From contig JAQBHB010000068.1 in assembly GCA_032128115.1 (NCBI GenBank), forward strand, positions 1 through 64,000: DNA of 64,000 nt, given 5' to 3'. Numbering within the stretch: position 1 is the stretch's first letter; each line of letters begins with the position of its first letter. This DNA comes from Deltaproteobacteria bacterium. GTDB lineage: Bacteria > Myxococcota_A > UBA9160 > SMWR01. The notes under the pieces are model-generated. The model made no database searches and was not told the DNA's origin. It saw only the letters and a program-made list of their open reading frames with translations. Below, one piece after another: positions 37,291 to 47,080 of this stretch. Both the position numbers and the translations under genes were made by a program.

Positions 37291-40185
37291 TCACTCGATC
37301 GGCGGCGCGTGCTCTTCACGAACCCGGCGCCGGGGGTAGGCGAGTTCGATACCGGCGTCGCGCAGACCGCGAACCACGGCCTCGTTCACCCTATGGCGGG
37401 CCTCGTTGGGTGAGATGCGGCTGGGGAGGATCCGGTAGCGCACCACGTACTGGACACCATTCTCCGTGGCCTTCTGGATCCGCACGCTGGGCGCCGGGTC
37501 CGAAATCACGGGCGCCTCGACGCCTTCGCAGAGCGACTTCAGCGCCGTCTTCATCACCTCCACCACCCGATCCAGCGCCACCGACTGGTCCACGGTGAAG
37601 AACAGCTCGAATCGGCTCATCTCATGGGGCTGCATGAAGTTGGTGATGGTCTTCTCGGAGATGATTCCATTCGGGATCACGATCTGGGTATCGTCAGCCG
37701 TCTGCAGCCGCGTGGTCCGCCAGTTGATGTCGATCACCTTGCCCGTGACGCTGTCCGAGGGATCCGGCGTGCGCCCGTGGATCATCACCCAGTCGCCCAC
37801 GCGAAAGGGCCGCTCCAGATTCAGGGCGACGCCTGCGAACAGATTCGTGATGTTGAGCTGCACCGCCAGGCCGATGATCATGGCGACCATGCCCGAGGTG
37901 GCCAGCAGGCCGGTGAGGCGATAGTCGTAGACGAAGGCGATGGCGCCGAAGACCGCCAGCAGGTAGATGACGAACGCCACCGTGTAACGCAGCAGGGTGG
38001 GGACCGGCCGGCCCGACTTCTGCTCGGCGGGCTGCCAGATGAAGCGCGTCACGGCCAGGTTCACCAGCACCGCAGGCACGGCCCACCACAGCAGATCGAA
38101 TACGCGGGCGACACGGTTCAGCTGGTACGGCTCGGCGATCGCGCGCAGGCGATCGCCCAACAGGGGTTCGGCGGCCAGCAGGACGAGAAAGGCGAATACG
38201 GTCTGAAGCAGCCAGCGCAGGCGTGCGGAGCCGTGATCGCGCAGCACCAGCAGCAAGAAGGTCCCTACCAGGCCCACCACCAGCAGGCCGCGCTGCCAGG
38301 CCTGGGGGAGCAGGCCCCGCAGGTTCGACTGCGGCCTGACGATGGCGCCGATGGTGAGCTGCGAGAAGGGACGACCCGACGTCGGGCCACTCAGGTAGCT
38401 CGGATGTCCCATGGCGTGCTCGTCCACCGCGGTCTCGTAGAACACCAGGTCCGCCAGGGTCCAGTTGCCGCCATGACCCAGCAGCTTTCGGCCCCGCGCG
38501 ATACGGTCTTCACGCGAGCGCTCGCGCCCCAGGTTCATCCCGACGGTGTCGATTGCAAAGACCAGGTCGTCACGGGTCCGGTTGCGGTGGTGGAGGTTCA
38601 GGGCCAGGGAGTGATGTCCGTAGCCGGCGTCGATGGTATCGGCCCGAAACAAACCGCGTACCGAGTAGCGACGATAGTGATCCTTGCCCTCGATCCGCTC
38701 CTCTTGCGGCTCTCCCAGCACGATGGGTTCGGCGGCATTGGTGAACATCACGTCTTCGACGTCGCGATCGCCCTGGTGCCGGAACCAGATGTTGAAGTCC
38801 AGCTCGAACGTCCCGCTCTCGAAGTCCAGGGCGCCAAAGCGGCCGGCCAGCACGCCTACCCGGGCCACGTCGGTGCGGTAGAAGACACGGTTGCCCAGGG
38901 TCACGACACGATTCGGGTCGTATCGCTCGTCGATCTCATCCGCTCTCGTCACCCCGGGCAGCAGACGCAGCTGACCGAACGCGGACACGATCTCGCCGCT
39001 CAGGAATCGCCCCATGGAAACCGGCTTCTCGGCGTCACCCAGCGCGTCGAACCAGGTGGGGCCCGTCACCCCGTCCAATGGATCCAGCGGCCCGATCGAG
39101 GCCAGGGCGTCCCGCAGCGCCTGGCGATCGCTCTCGATCGAGTCGGCGCGGGGCGACAGATTGGCTCGACGCAGCCCCTCCACCAGCGCGCCAGCGGCGT
39201 CGGCGGCGAAGGCCGAATACCACACCGGAGCCTCGCCGTAGCGCGCCAGGTAGTCCTGGAGGAAGACACCGGCGCGCTTGCCCACGGCATCGAACAGGAA
39301 CGGCGTGCTGGCGTAGATCCCGTCCGTGTAGGCGCCCGGCCGGTAGCGCTCCTGGGGAAAGTCGCGAAAGCCCTCGGCGAAGGCCTGGGAGGCGAGAGCG
39401 TCGCTCACCAGGATCACGCCCTCGAAGGAGGCATCGCGAAGGCGCTTCACCAGCTTCACGCCGGGCCCCGGTTGCATGGCCAGCACCAGCGCCTCAAGCC
39501 CGACCTGCCCCATCACCTGGGCCACGATCTGGTCCAGGCGTGAGTCGAGCTGGGGGCCGTCCGGCTCGAATTCCCAGGCGCCCGCCAGCGACAGACCCAG
39601 CTCCGGGGCCGTCTCGTCGATCACCTGCGCCAGGTAGGCCCCGTAGGCATCCGATCCGTGGATCAGGCCGACGCGCTCGAGGGCCAACACCTCCTTCAGG
39701 TACAGGACGATGAATCTCCCCTGGGCCCGGTCGTTGAAGATGGTCCGGAAATACCAGGGATTGTCCCGGGTGACCGCCACGTGGGTGGCGGCCGATGAGA
39801 TGGCGGGAATACCCCGCTCCTGGTAGATGCGGCCCGCCGCGATCGACAGGGTGCTGTAGTTGTGACCGATCACGGCCACCGTTTCGGCCTGATCGGCGAT
39901 CACCGGAGCATTGGCGACCGCAAGCTCCACCTGGTTCTGATCGTCGTAGACGTCGAGCGCCAGGGGGCGTCCCGCAATCCCGCCCTCGGCATTCACCTGC
40001 TCGAAGATCAGCTCGACGGCGCGCAGACCGGCGACGCCGTCTCTGGCGCTCGGCCCGGTGACGGGGCCCGCGTAGGCCACCCGGATCGGCGTCCCCCGCG
40101 CGCCCGAACTGTCGTACCAGAATGCGAGTGCGGCGGCCCCCGCCACCACGCCCACCACGGCCAAACCCATGCGCCCGGAAACCAC
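37291..40185 (-). CDS. Fusion of LivJ-type periplasmic binding domain, pLGIC-like ectodomain and MscS mechanosensitive channel
   Basis: PBP motifs (VIGHNYS, WYFRTIFND, GVTG..WFD); central VGV..LD..TFELDFNIWF..FTNA; MscS motifs GLLATSG..IIGLAVQ, NLFAG, RPFRVGDWV, INWRTT, IPN, IELAYP. Confidence 0.88.
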   Translation of the reverse strand: MVSGRMGLAVVGVVAGAAALAFWYDSSGARGTPIRVAYAGPVTGPSARDGVAGLRAVELIFEQVNAEGGIAGRPLALDVYDDQNQVELAVANAPVIADQAETVAVIGHNYSTLSIAAGRIYQERGIPAISSAATHVAVTRDNPWYFRTIFNDRAQGRFIVLYLKEVLALERVGLIHGSDAYGAYLAQVIDETAPELGLSLAGAWEFEPDGPQLDSRLDQIVAQVMGQVGLEALVLAMQPGPGVKLVKRLRDASFEGVILVSDALASQAFAEGFRDFPQERYRPGAYTDGIYASTPFLFDAVGKRAGVFLQDYLARYGEAPVWYSAFAADAAGALVEGLRRANLSPRADSIESDRQALRDALASIGPLDPLDGVTGPTWFDALGDAEKPVSMGRFLSGEIVSAFGQLRLLPGVTRADEIDERYDPNRVVTLGNRVFYRTDVARVGVLAGRFGALDFESGTFELDFNIWFRHQGDRDVEDVMFTNAAEPIVLGEPQEERIEGKDHYRRYSVRGLFRADTIDAGYGHHSLALNLHHRNRTRDDLVFAIDTVGMNLGRERSREDRIARGRKLLGHGGNWTLADLVFYETAVDEHAMGHPSYLSGPTSGRPFSQLTIGAIVRPQSNLRGLLPQAWQRGLLVVGLVGTFLLLVLRDHGSARLRWLLQTVFAFLVLLAAEPLLGDRLRAIAEPYQLNRVARVFDLLWWAVPAVLVNLAVTRFIWQPAEQKSGRPVPTLLRYTVAFVIYLLAVFGAIAFVYDYRLTGLLATSGMVAMIIGLAVQLNITNLFAGVALNLERPFRVGDWVMIHGRTPDPSDSVTGKVIDINWRTTRLQTADDTQIVIPNGIISEKTITNFMQPHEMSRFELFFTVDQSVALDRVVEVMKTALKSLCEGVEAPVISDPAPSVRIQKATENGVQYVVRYRILPSRISPNEARHRVNEAVVRGLRDAGIELAYPRRRVREEHAPPIE

Positions 40186-40245
40186 GGGCCGGAGGTTCGC
40201 TCGTAGCCGGGTCGCGTGCCAGCAGGGGGGCGGAGCCGCAGCGCG

Positions 40246-41715
40246 CTAGAAACGCGCGATCTCGTAATCGGAGGCCGCGAAACGGCGGGCACGCAGACTG
40301 TACTCGGCGGCAAAACCCGGGTAGAGCGAGTGGTTGCTGCCATCGTCTGACAGATACCAGCTTTGGCAGCCCGACCCCCACACCATGTACTTCATGCGCC
40401 CCTGGATTCCGCGGTTGTAGCGGTCCTGGATTTCCTGGCGGACGTCCAGGAACTTCAGACCCTCGTACCGCAGCTTCCGGATCGCCCGGACCGCGTGGGC
40501 GATCTGGGCCTCGCTGAAGACCAGCACCGAGGTGTGGCCCGGCCCGGTGTTGGGTCCCATCAGGATGAACCAGTTCGGGAAGCCCGAGACCGTCATGCCC
40601 TTGTAGGCGACGGCGCCGTCCTTCCAGGCCTGGTCGAGGGTCCGGCCGCCGCGACCGGTCACGGGAAAGGGCGCCGTTGCCAGCCCCAGCGCGAAGCCGG
40701 TGGCGAGCACGATCGCGTCCACCGGGCGGAACGCCCCATCCCGGGTCTCGATCCCCGTGCTGCGAATCTCCTCGATGGAGTCCGTCACCAACTCCACGTT
40801 CTCGCGCTCGAACGCCGCCCAGTAGTCGTCCGAGATCAGGATCCGCTTGCACCCGAACTGGAAGCTCGGCGTGAGTCGCGCCCGCAGGTCGGGATCCTCC
40901 ACCTGGGCCCGGAGGTGCGCGAGCGACATCCACTCACCCGCAGCAGACAGGCGCTTCGAATCCAGAAACACCATGGGCCCGAAGATCTCGCTCAGCCAAT
41001 ACTTGACCAGGCGGCTTCCGCGGAGAAGGAGTGGAAATCGGGCGAGGCGCTGCAGGGTCTCACGGGAGTAGGCCTTGTCGCGCTTCGGCACTACCCAGGC
41101 CGGCGTTCGCTGGAAGACCTGGAGCTTCGCCACCTGGGGCGCGATCGAGGGCACCACCTGCACGGCACTGGCCCCGGTGCCGATCACGGCCACGCGCCGA
41201 CCCGCGAGATCGTAATCGTGGTTCCAGCGCGCCGTGTGGAAGAGCTCCCCGGTGAAGCTCTGGATGCCCTTGATGTCGGGAATCGACGGATCTACGAGCC
41301 CGCCCACGGCCGCGATCACGAAGCGGGCCGTGAAGACTTCGTCGTTCCCCGTGGTGAGGCGCCAGCTGCCGGCCTCCTCGTCGAAGCGCGCGTCGACGAT
41401 CCCGGTCCCGAGTCGCAGGTGCGAGCGGAGCTGCCACTTCTCGACCAGACCCAACAGATAGTCCTGGATCTCGTGGGACTCCGAGAAGCGACGGCTCCAT
41501 GTTGCGTTGGGTTCGAACGACAGCGAGTACACGTGGGAGGGCACGTCGCAGGCGGCCCCCGGATAGGTGTTGTCGCGCCAGGTGCCCCCGATCTCGTCCG
41601 CTCGCTCGAAGATCGTGAACGAATCGATGCCCGCCTTGCGCAGCTGGATCGCGGCGCCGATGCCACCGATGCCCGCGCCCAGGATCGCGATGGGAAAGTC
41701 ATCCCTGCCCGTCAT
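40246..41715 (-). CDS. Baeyer-Villiger type flavin monooxygenase
   Basis: GAGIGG, GGTWRDNTYPGAACD, FTGELFHTARW fingerprint, GTGASA, ATGF. Confidence 0.94.
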   Translation of the reverse strand: MTGRDDFPIAILGAGIGGIGAAIQLRKAGIDSFTIFERADEIGGTWRDNTYPGAACDVPSHVYSLSFEPNATWSRRFSESHEIQDYLLGLVEKWQLRSHLRLGTGIVDARFDEEAGSWRLTTGNDEVFTARFVIAAVGGLVDPSIPDIKGIQSFTGELFHTARWNHDYDLAGRRVAVIGTGASAVQVVPSIAPQVAKLQVFQRTPAWVVPKRDKAYSRETLQRLARFPLLLRGSRLVKYWLSEIFGPMVFLDSKRLSAAGEWMSLAHLRAQVEDPDLRARLTPSFQFGCKRILISDDYWAAFERENVELVTDSIEEIRSTGIETRDGAFRPVDAIVLATGFALGLATAPFPVTGRGGRTLDQAWKDGAVAYKGMTVSGFPNWFILMGPNTGPGHTSVLVFSEAQIAHAVRAIRKLRYEGLKFLDVRQEIQDRYNRGIQGRMKYMVWGSGCQSWYLSDDGSNHSLYPGFAAEYSLRARRFAASDYEIARF

Positions 41716-41769
41716 CGCCCCCAGGGTGCCGCCTTTGGGCGACAGGCGCGACCACGCTCTTCGCGGGGC

Positions 41770-42714
41770 TCAGACCCCCGACTTGAGGATGCCCTCGAGC
41801 CAATCGGCAGTCCTGCGAATGCCCTCCGCCAGCGGCGTTCGATCGCTCCAGCCCAGGCGATCCGCGGCGGCGGAGCTGTCCAGCTCGAGACGCGGAACGT
41901 CGAACTTCCGGCGCTCCCGATGCTCCACCCGGACCCGGACGTTCAGCACCTCTTCCAGCACGCTCACCAGCTCGAGCAGGGTGTAGCCCCGCGCCCCAGC
42001 CAGGTTGAAGGTCATGTCGCCCGCGAACGGGATCTCCATGGCGTTGATCAGCGGCGACATCATGTCGCCCACGTAGAAGTAGTCGCGCAGCGACTGCCCT
42101 TCGCCCCAGATCCTGACGGGCTTTCCCTGAAGCGTCCGGTGGGTGAATACCGTGACGGCCCCCTGGCGCCGATTCGGATCCTGGCGGGGCCCATAGGGCA
42201 CCGAGGGCCGCAGGATCGCGTACTCGAGTCCGTGCAGCTCCCGGTACATCCGCAGGTATTTCTCGGCGGCGAGCTTGGTGATGCCGTAGGGGCTGATGGG
42301 GTGTGTCGGATGCTCTTCGCTGACCGGATTCGTGCGCGGCAAGCCGTAGACCGCACCTCCCGAAGACAGGAACAGGACCCGGCGCACCTGCGCGTCGCGG
42401 CACGCGTCCAGGAGCCCCACCAGGGGAACCAGGTTCCTCTCGATATCGGCCGTCTGGTTCAGGATCGCCGTCTCGCTGATCGACGACCAGGCGGCGTGGT
42501 AGACGACCTCGATCTCGTGGTCGGCCAGCAGGCACCCGAGCAGGTTCGCATCGCGCACGTCGCCCTGCACGAACGTCACCGCCACGGGCAGGACGTCGTA
42601 GGGGCGGGGCCGCGTGCCCAGCACCAGCACCTCATGCTTGCCGCAAGCCGCCAGGGCGTCCACCAGGTGGGACCCGATGAAGCCGTTGCCACCCGTAACC
42701 AGGACGCGGCTCAT
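41770..42714 (-). CDS. NAD-dependent epimerase/dehydratase
   Basis: TGGNGFIG, SSGGAVYG, YGITK, YGPRQ, RDYFYV; ATG overlaps the GT4 stop. Confidence 0.92.
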   Translation of the reverse strand: MSRVLVTGGNGFIGSHLVDALAACGKHEVLVLGTRPRPYDVLPVAVTFVQGDVRDANLLGCLLADHEIEVVYHAAWSSISETAILNQTADIERNLVPLVGLLDACRDAQVRRVLFLSSGGAVYGLPRTNPVSEEHPTHPISPYGITKLAAEKYLRMYRELHGLEYAILRPSVPYGPRQDPNRRQGAVTVFTHRTLQGKPVRIWGEGQSLRDYFYVGDMMSPLINAMEIPFAGDMTFNLAGARGYTLLELVSVLEEVLNVRVRVEHRERRKFDVPRLELDSSAAADRLGWSDRTPLAEGIRRTADWLEGILKSGV

Positions 42715-43886
42715 CGTCCCCACCGGGCCAGGGCGCGTCGGTACACGTCCATGAGCATCTCGTGATTCTTCTCGGCCGTGTAGCGATCCAGGTATTCGGC
42801 ACGCGCGGCAGCCCGCATCTTCGCCCGCTCGTCGGGATGCTCGAACAGCCAGGAAGCGCGCTCGGCCAGGTGTCCGGCGTCTCCCGTGCGGAAATGGAGA
42901 CCGTCCAGGCCGTCGTGAACCACGTCGGCCATGGCCCCCACGTCGCTGGCCAGGACGGGCGTCCCCACCGCGTAGCTGTCCACGAGGATGCGCGGCAGAG
43001 CCTCGTACCATTGGGACGGGCAGATCAGGAACGCCGCGCGCTTGAGAAGCGCGTACATCTCGGAAAGCGTCTTACGCCCCAGCCACTCGATTCCGGGGTG
43101 GCGCGCGGCCGCCTGCTCGACCTCGGGAGCCATGCGACCGTCGCCCAGGATCAGGAGTGAACGGCCATCGGGCAACCGGGACCACGCCTCGAGCAACGTC
43201 GCCACCCCCTTCTCCGGCGTCAGGCGCCCGGCGAACAGCGCGTAGCCCCCGCCCCCGTCTCCTTCACCCGGATCCGGAAACACGAAGTTCGGCTTGAGAA
43301 CGAGTCGATCCACCGGGATGCCCCCGGCGCGGAACTTCTCGCGCACGAAGCCCGTCATGCCGGCCACGTAGATGTCGACCGTTCGCCTCCAGGTGCCGAG
43401 CAGGCGGTGCCCCACCAGCATGGAAGCCACCACGGCGCTGGCCGCGCGGTCGTCCCGGTAGCACTTGTGGAGCACGCCATTCCATGGAACGAACTTTCCC
43501 AGACAGTCCTCGCAGATCCGCCCCTCCCGATAGAAGAGTGCGTTGGGACACATCAAGCGGTAGTTGTGAAGCGACTGCACCACGGGACAGCCCTCGGCGC
43601 GCGCCGCGTAATAGACCGAGGGCGAGAGCAGCGGAAAGGTGTTGTAGAAATGGACCACGTCCGGGCGCTCGCGACGGATCAGGCGCCGAATGTGACGATG
43701 GCTCTCTCGATTCCAGAGCGTGTCCGCCGCCAGCCGGGCGCGGCCCATCTCGGCGATGCCATCGCTGTGAACCGCGTAGCGCAGCACCTGGTGGCCGAAG
43801 GACTCGAGCAGGGCGGATTCGGCCGCGAAGACCTCGTCCTCGCCGCCCGCCTGCTGGTAGTGGTTGTGGCAGAGCAGCAGCTTCAT
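42711..43886 (-). CDS. Glycosyltransferase family 4
   Basis: HNHYQQAGGED, LHNYRLMCP, GRLTPEKG, PSQWYE. Confidence 0.92.
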   Translation of the reverse strand: MKLLLCHNHYQQAGGEDEVFAAESALLESFGHQVLRYAVHSDGIAEMGRARLAADTLWNRESHRHIRRLIRRERPDVVHFYNTFPLLSPSVYYAARAEGCPVVQSLHNYRLMCPNALFYREGRICEDCLGKFVPWNGVLHKCYRDDRAASAVVASMLVGHRLLGTWRRTVDIYVAGMTGFVREKFRAGGIPVDRLVLKPNFVFPDPGEGDGGGGYALFAGRLTPEKGVATLLEAWSRLPDGRSLLILGDGRMAPEVEQAAARHPGIEWLGRKTLSEMYALLKRAAFLICPSQWYEALPRILVDSYAVGTPVLASDVGAMADVVHDGLDGLHFRTGDAGHLAERASWLFEHPDERAKMRAAARAEYLDRYTAEKNHEMLMDVYRRALARWGR

Positions 43887-44011
43887 GGCGGTCTCCCCGC
43901 CTGATCGACGCGGGGGCACCCCCACTTGACTGGGGCCGGGATCGGGTGTGTGGGAAAAAGCCCACTTTGTGGCCTCCGCTATGCTGGTGCCGCGGACGCG
44001 AAGGGAATGCG

Positions 44012-44857
44012 ATGGCAACGAGCGACGGGGTCCGCGGCTTCTGTCTGGGCATCCTGGAATCGGGCGATCTGGACTCCAAGCTCGCCCCGCCGCCGCGCGA
44101 CCTGGAATTCGAATCCGGGATCGAGCGGCCAGTCCACATCGATCATCCCCGGCGCTTGCCCGGGCTGCGCATGCAGGGCGGCGCCCCGCGCTTGCCCCGT
44201 CCCGGCGAACTCGGGGATTCCCGGGCGCGCATCGATTGTCTGGCGCGCTTCGCCCACCACGAGCTGATGGCGGTGGAGCTGTTCGCCTGGGCGCTGCTGC
44301 GCTGGCCCGACCTGCCCGCTGCGTTGCGGTCCGGCTTCGTCCACGTGCTGGCCGAAGAACAGACGCATTGCCGTCTCTACGTGGAGCGCATCCAGGCTCT
44401 GGGCTCGCACCTGCACGAGCACGTCCACTCGGACTACTTCTGGAAGCACGCTCCGGCCATCGCGGCGTCGCCCCACGGTGCCCGCGCGTTCCTCTGCGCC
44501 ATGGGGCTCACGCTCGAGCAGGCCAACCTGGACTTCGCGGGCCTGTATCGCGACGCCTTCCGGAACGCCGGCGACGAGGCGAGCGCGCGGATCTGCCAGC
44601 GGGTGTTCGACGACGAGGTAACGCACGTTGCGCTTGCCGCACGCTGGATGCGACGCCTGCGGCCCGGCCGCGACGACGTGGAGGCCTATACCGAGGCCGT
44701 TCCCTATCCCCTTTCCGCCGCGCGCGCCAAGGGCAAGCGGTTCGACGCGCCTGCGCGCCGTCGCGCCGGTCTCAGCCCGGACTTCATCGATCACGTGCGC
44801 CGCGCGCGATCGACCCAGGAGCTCGCGGGGGAGCGCAATCGCCCCCTCGACCGATGA
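44012..44857 (+). CDS. DUF455 family ferritin-like diiron protein
   Basis: FAHHELMAVEL, EEQTH, EQANLD, DEVTH (ExxH pairs). Confidence 0.85.
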   Translation: MATSDGVRGFCLGILESGDLDSKLAPPPRDLEFESGIERPVHIDHPRRLPGLRMQGGAPRLPRPGELGDSRARIDCLARFAHHELMAVELFAWALLRWPDLPAALRSGFVHVLAEEQTHCRLYVERIQALGSHLHEHVHSDYFWKHAPAIAASPHGARAFLCAMGLTLEQANLDFAGLYRDAFRNAGDEASARICQRVFDDEVTHVALAARWMRRLRPGRDDVEAYTEAVPYPLSAARAKGKRFDAPARRRAGLSPDFIDHVRRARSTQELAGERNRPLDR

Positions 44858-46092
44858 CCGGACACCCGCTTCTGATCCCCAACATCGCTGCCGAAGAAGG
44901 GTCCGATTGGACGCGCCGGCGGGATCAGCCGGTGGTGCAGGCTGTGGTGTCTACCTGGCGGCTGCTGTTCGAGGCCGGTTCGGAGATCCTGGGCGAGCGC
45001 AGCACCGGGGCCTGGCCCCGCGACCTGGGGGGGCCGGCCGCGGCGCCCGTGTTCGCATGGCTCGACGCCGGCGGCGCCGCTACGGCGTGGCTCAACACCT
45101 CGCAGGCCGTGCAGTTGGCAGCCGACCACGGCCGGGAACTCTGCGGTCCCGCACCCGGGGTGGTGGCCCGGGTTCACGACAAGGCCTTCGCACTCGAGAT
45201 CGCCGTTCGCGAGGGGCTGGTCCCCCCGCTCCTGCGCGACTGCAGCTTCGTCTTCGAACCCAGCGATCTCACGGCCCGCGACGCGCCGGCCCGGATCGAG
45301 GCCGCGTTGGCGGGCTGGCCGGCGTGGGCGCGTCGGCGCTTCACGCTGAAGCCGCGCTTCGGAAGCAGTGGTCGCGGGCGTGTCGCCGGCCGAGACGGGC
45401 GCAGCGATGATCCGGCCCTGGCTGCCGCCCTGCCCCGTCTGGCCGGCTGCGGCGGCGCCCTGCTCGAGCCCTGGCTTGAACGGATCGAGGATCTCTCCGC
45501 CCAGATCCACCTGCACCCGGATCCGACCCGGGCCGTGGTGCTGCTGGGCACCACCCGCCAGGTGCTGGCGCCGTCCGGGGTGTATCGCGGCCAGCGCGGA
45601 ATTCTCGACTCCAAGGGCCGGATCGTCTCGGGAAGCGACCACGACGAGGACCTGCGCGAGGCCGCGGTGACCGTGGCCGCCGCCGCACGCGAGCGCGGAT
45701 TCTCGGGCCCGTGCGGCCTGGACGCCTTCTCCTTTCGCGACGCCCTGGGCGGGACCCACCTGCGACCCGTGGTCGAATTCAACGCGCGCTTCACCCTGGG
45801 CACCGTGGCCATCGGGATCGCCCGGCGGGCGCTGGCACGGATCCGCCACCAGCTGGGACTCGCACCCGGGGAGCGCCGGCCATTTTTTTTCGGTCTGGAC
45901 GCTCCACCGGGAGGCTGGCCCGAGGAAGCCAGCTCGCCCGAGCACCTGCTGGTCTCGCTCACGGCACCGGCGAGCGCGTCGCGCCCCGCCCTGCTGGTGG
46001 CCTCCGACGACACGGCTCTCGATCGCCTGCTCGCATCGTCACCCCGCGAATCCAGGCAACCCGCTCCTCGCCGCGGCGGGGGGTCGGGCTAG
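44854..46092 (+). CDS. ATP-grasp fold protein
   Basis: ATGA coupling to DUF455; HDK, LKPRFGSSGRGR, EPWLERIEDLS, GPCGLDAF, VEFNARFTLG. Confidence 0.75.
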   Translation: MTGHPLLIPNIAAEEGSDWTRRRDQPVVQAVVSTWRLLFEAGSEILGERSTGAWPRDLGGPAAAPVFAWLDAGGAATAWLNTSQAVQLAADHGRELCGPAPGVVARVHDKAFALEIAVREGLVPPLLRDCSFVFEPSDLTARDAPARIEAALAGWPAWARRRFTLKPRFGSSGRGRVAGRDGRSDDPALAAALPRLAGCGGALLEPWLERIEDLSAQIHLHPDPTRAVVLLGTTRQVLAPSGVYRGQRGILDSKGRIVSGSDHDEDLREAAVTVAAAARERGFSGPCGLDAFSFRDALGGTHLRPVVEFNARFTLGTVAIGIARRALARIRHQLGLAPGERRPFFFGLDAPPGGWPEEASSPEHLLVSLTAPASASRPALLVASDDTALDRLLASSPRESRQPAPRRGGGSG

Positions 46093-46182
46093 AATCGCGC
46101 CGTACCGGCCCCCCGCCCCGCCCAGCCCGAGACCCCCCCGCGCGACGCGTTCGCCATCCAGCGCGCGCAGGTTTCCGATGGC

Positions 46183-47064
46183 ATGCATCTGGCCTACCTG
46201 CACGAGGGCGTTGGCGGCTATCCGCTGCTCCTGATCCACGGCTACCCGGAGACCAAGCGCATCTGGTGGCGCAACGTGAAGCCGCTGGCGGAAGCGGGCT
46301 ACGAGGTCATCGTGCCCGACCTGCGCGGCTACGGCGATTCCGACCTCTCGGAGAAGGACGAGTACGACCTGGTCCTCTACTCCCGCGACCTGTATGCGCT
46401 GGTGCACGATGTCCTGGGCCACGAGCGCTGCAGCCTGCTGGGCGGCGACGTGGGAGGCGTCGTGATGTGCGACATGGCGAATCGCTTTCCGGGCTTCGTC
46501 GATCGCATGATCCTGTTCAACACGGTGGCGCCGATCGTCCCGGAAGCGGCGGACTGGTACGCCGCCCACGGACTCTCCCTCTTGCCGCTCGAGGACGGCC
46601 CCACCGGCGACTACCGCATCCGCCAGGGCCGCGACTGGCGCGATCTGCTGGAGGATCTGGACACGCCCGCTCGAAGGCGCCGCTACGTACGCGATTTCTA
46701 CGAGCACCGCCTGCTCGCGTCCCCCGGCTCCTTCGACGAAGACGGCTTCGACTTCATGGTGGAGCCCTTCGAGGATGCGAGTCGGCTCGCTGCCGGCTGG
46801 GCGCCCTATCAGCTGCAGTACGGCCGCCCCATGAGCGAGCCCCCCCTGTTTGCCCAGGCCGTGCAGGTGCCCACGCTGATCCTCTACGGACCGGACGACC
46901 GGGTCGTTCCTGACGACTTTCCGAAACGCTGCGAGATCGCCTTCCCCAACCGGGTGGGGCCGCTCGTGATTCCCGAATGCGGCCACTTTCTGCAGTGGGA
47001 ACGCGCCGACGTCCTGAATCAGGTGGCCAGGTTCTATTTCGCAGACCTGAAGTCCGATCGATGA
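46183..47064 (+). CDS. Alpha/beta hydrolase (epoxide hydrolase/haloacetate dehalogenase-like)
   Basis: HGYPE, DLRGYGDS, GGDVGG, GHFLQWE; the frame is open upstream to 46093. Confidence 0.88.
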   Translation: MHLAYLHEGVGGYPLLLIHGYPETKRIWWRNVKPLAEAGYEVIVPDLRGYGDSDLSEKDEYDLVLYSRDLYALVHDVLGHERCSLLGGDVGGVVMCDMANRFPGFVDRMILFNTVAPIVPEAADWYAAHGLSLLPLEDGPTGDYRIRQGRDWRDLLEDLDTPARRRRYVRDFYEHRLLASPGSFDEDGFDFMVEPFEDASRLAAGWAPYQLQYGRPMSEPPLFAQAVQVPTLILYGPDDRVVPDDFPKRCEIAFPNRVGPLVIPECGHFLQWERADVLNQVARFYFADLKSDR

Positions 47065-47080
47065 AGCAGGGAGAACGCTG

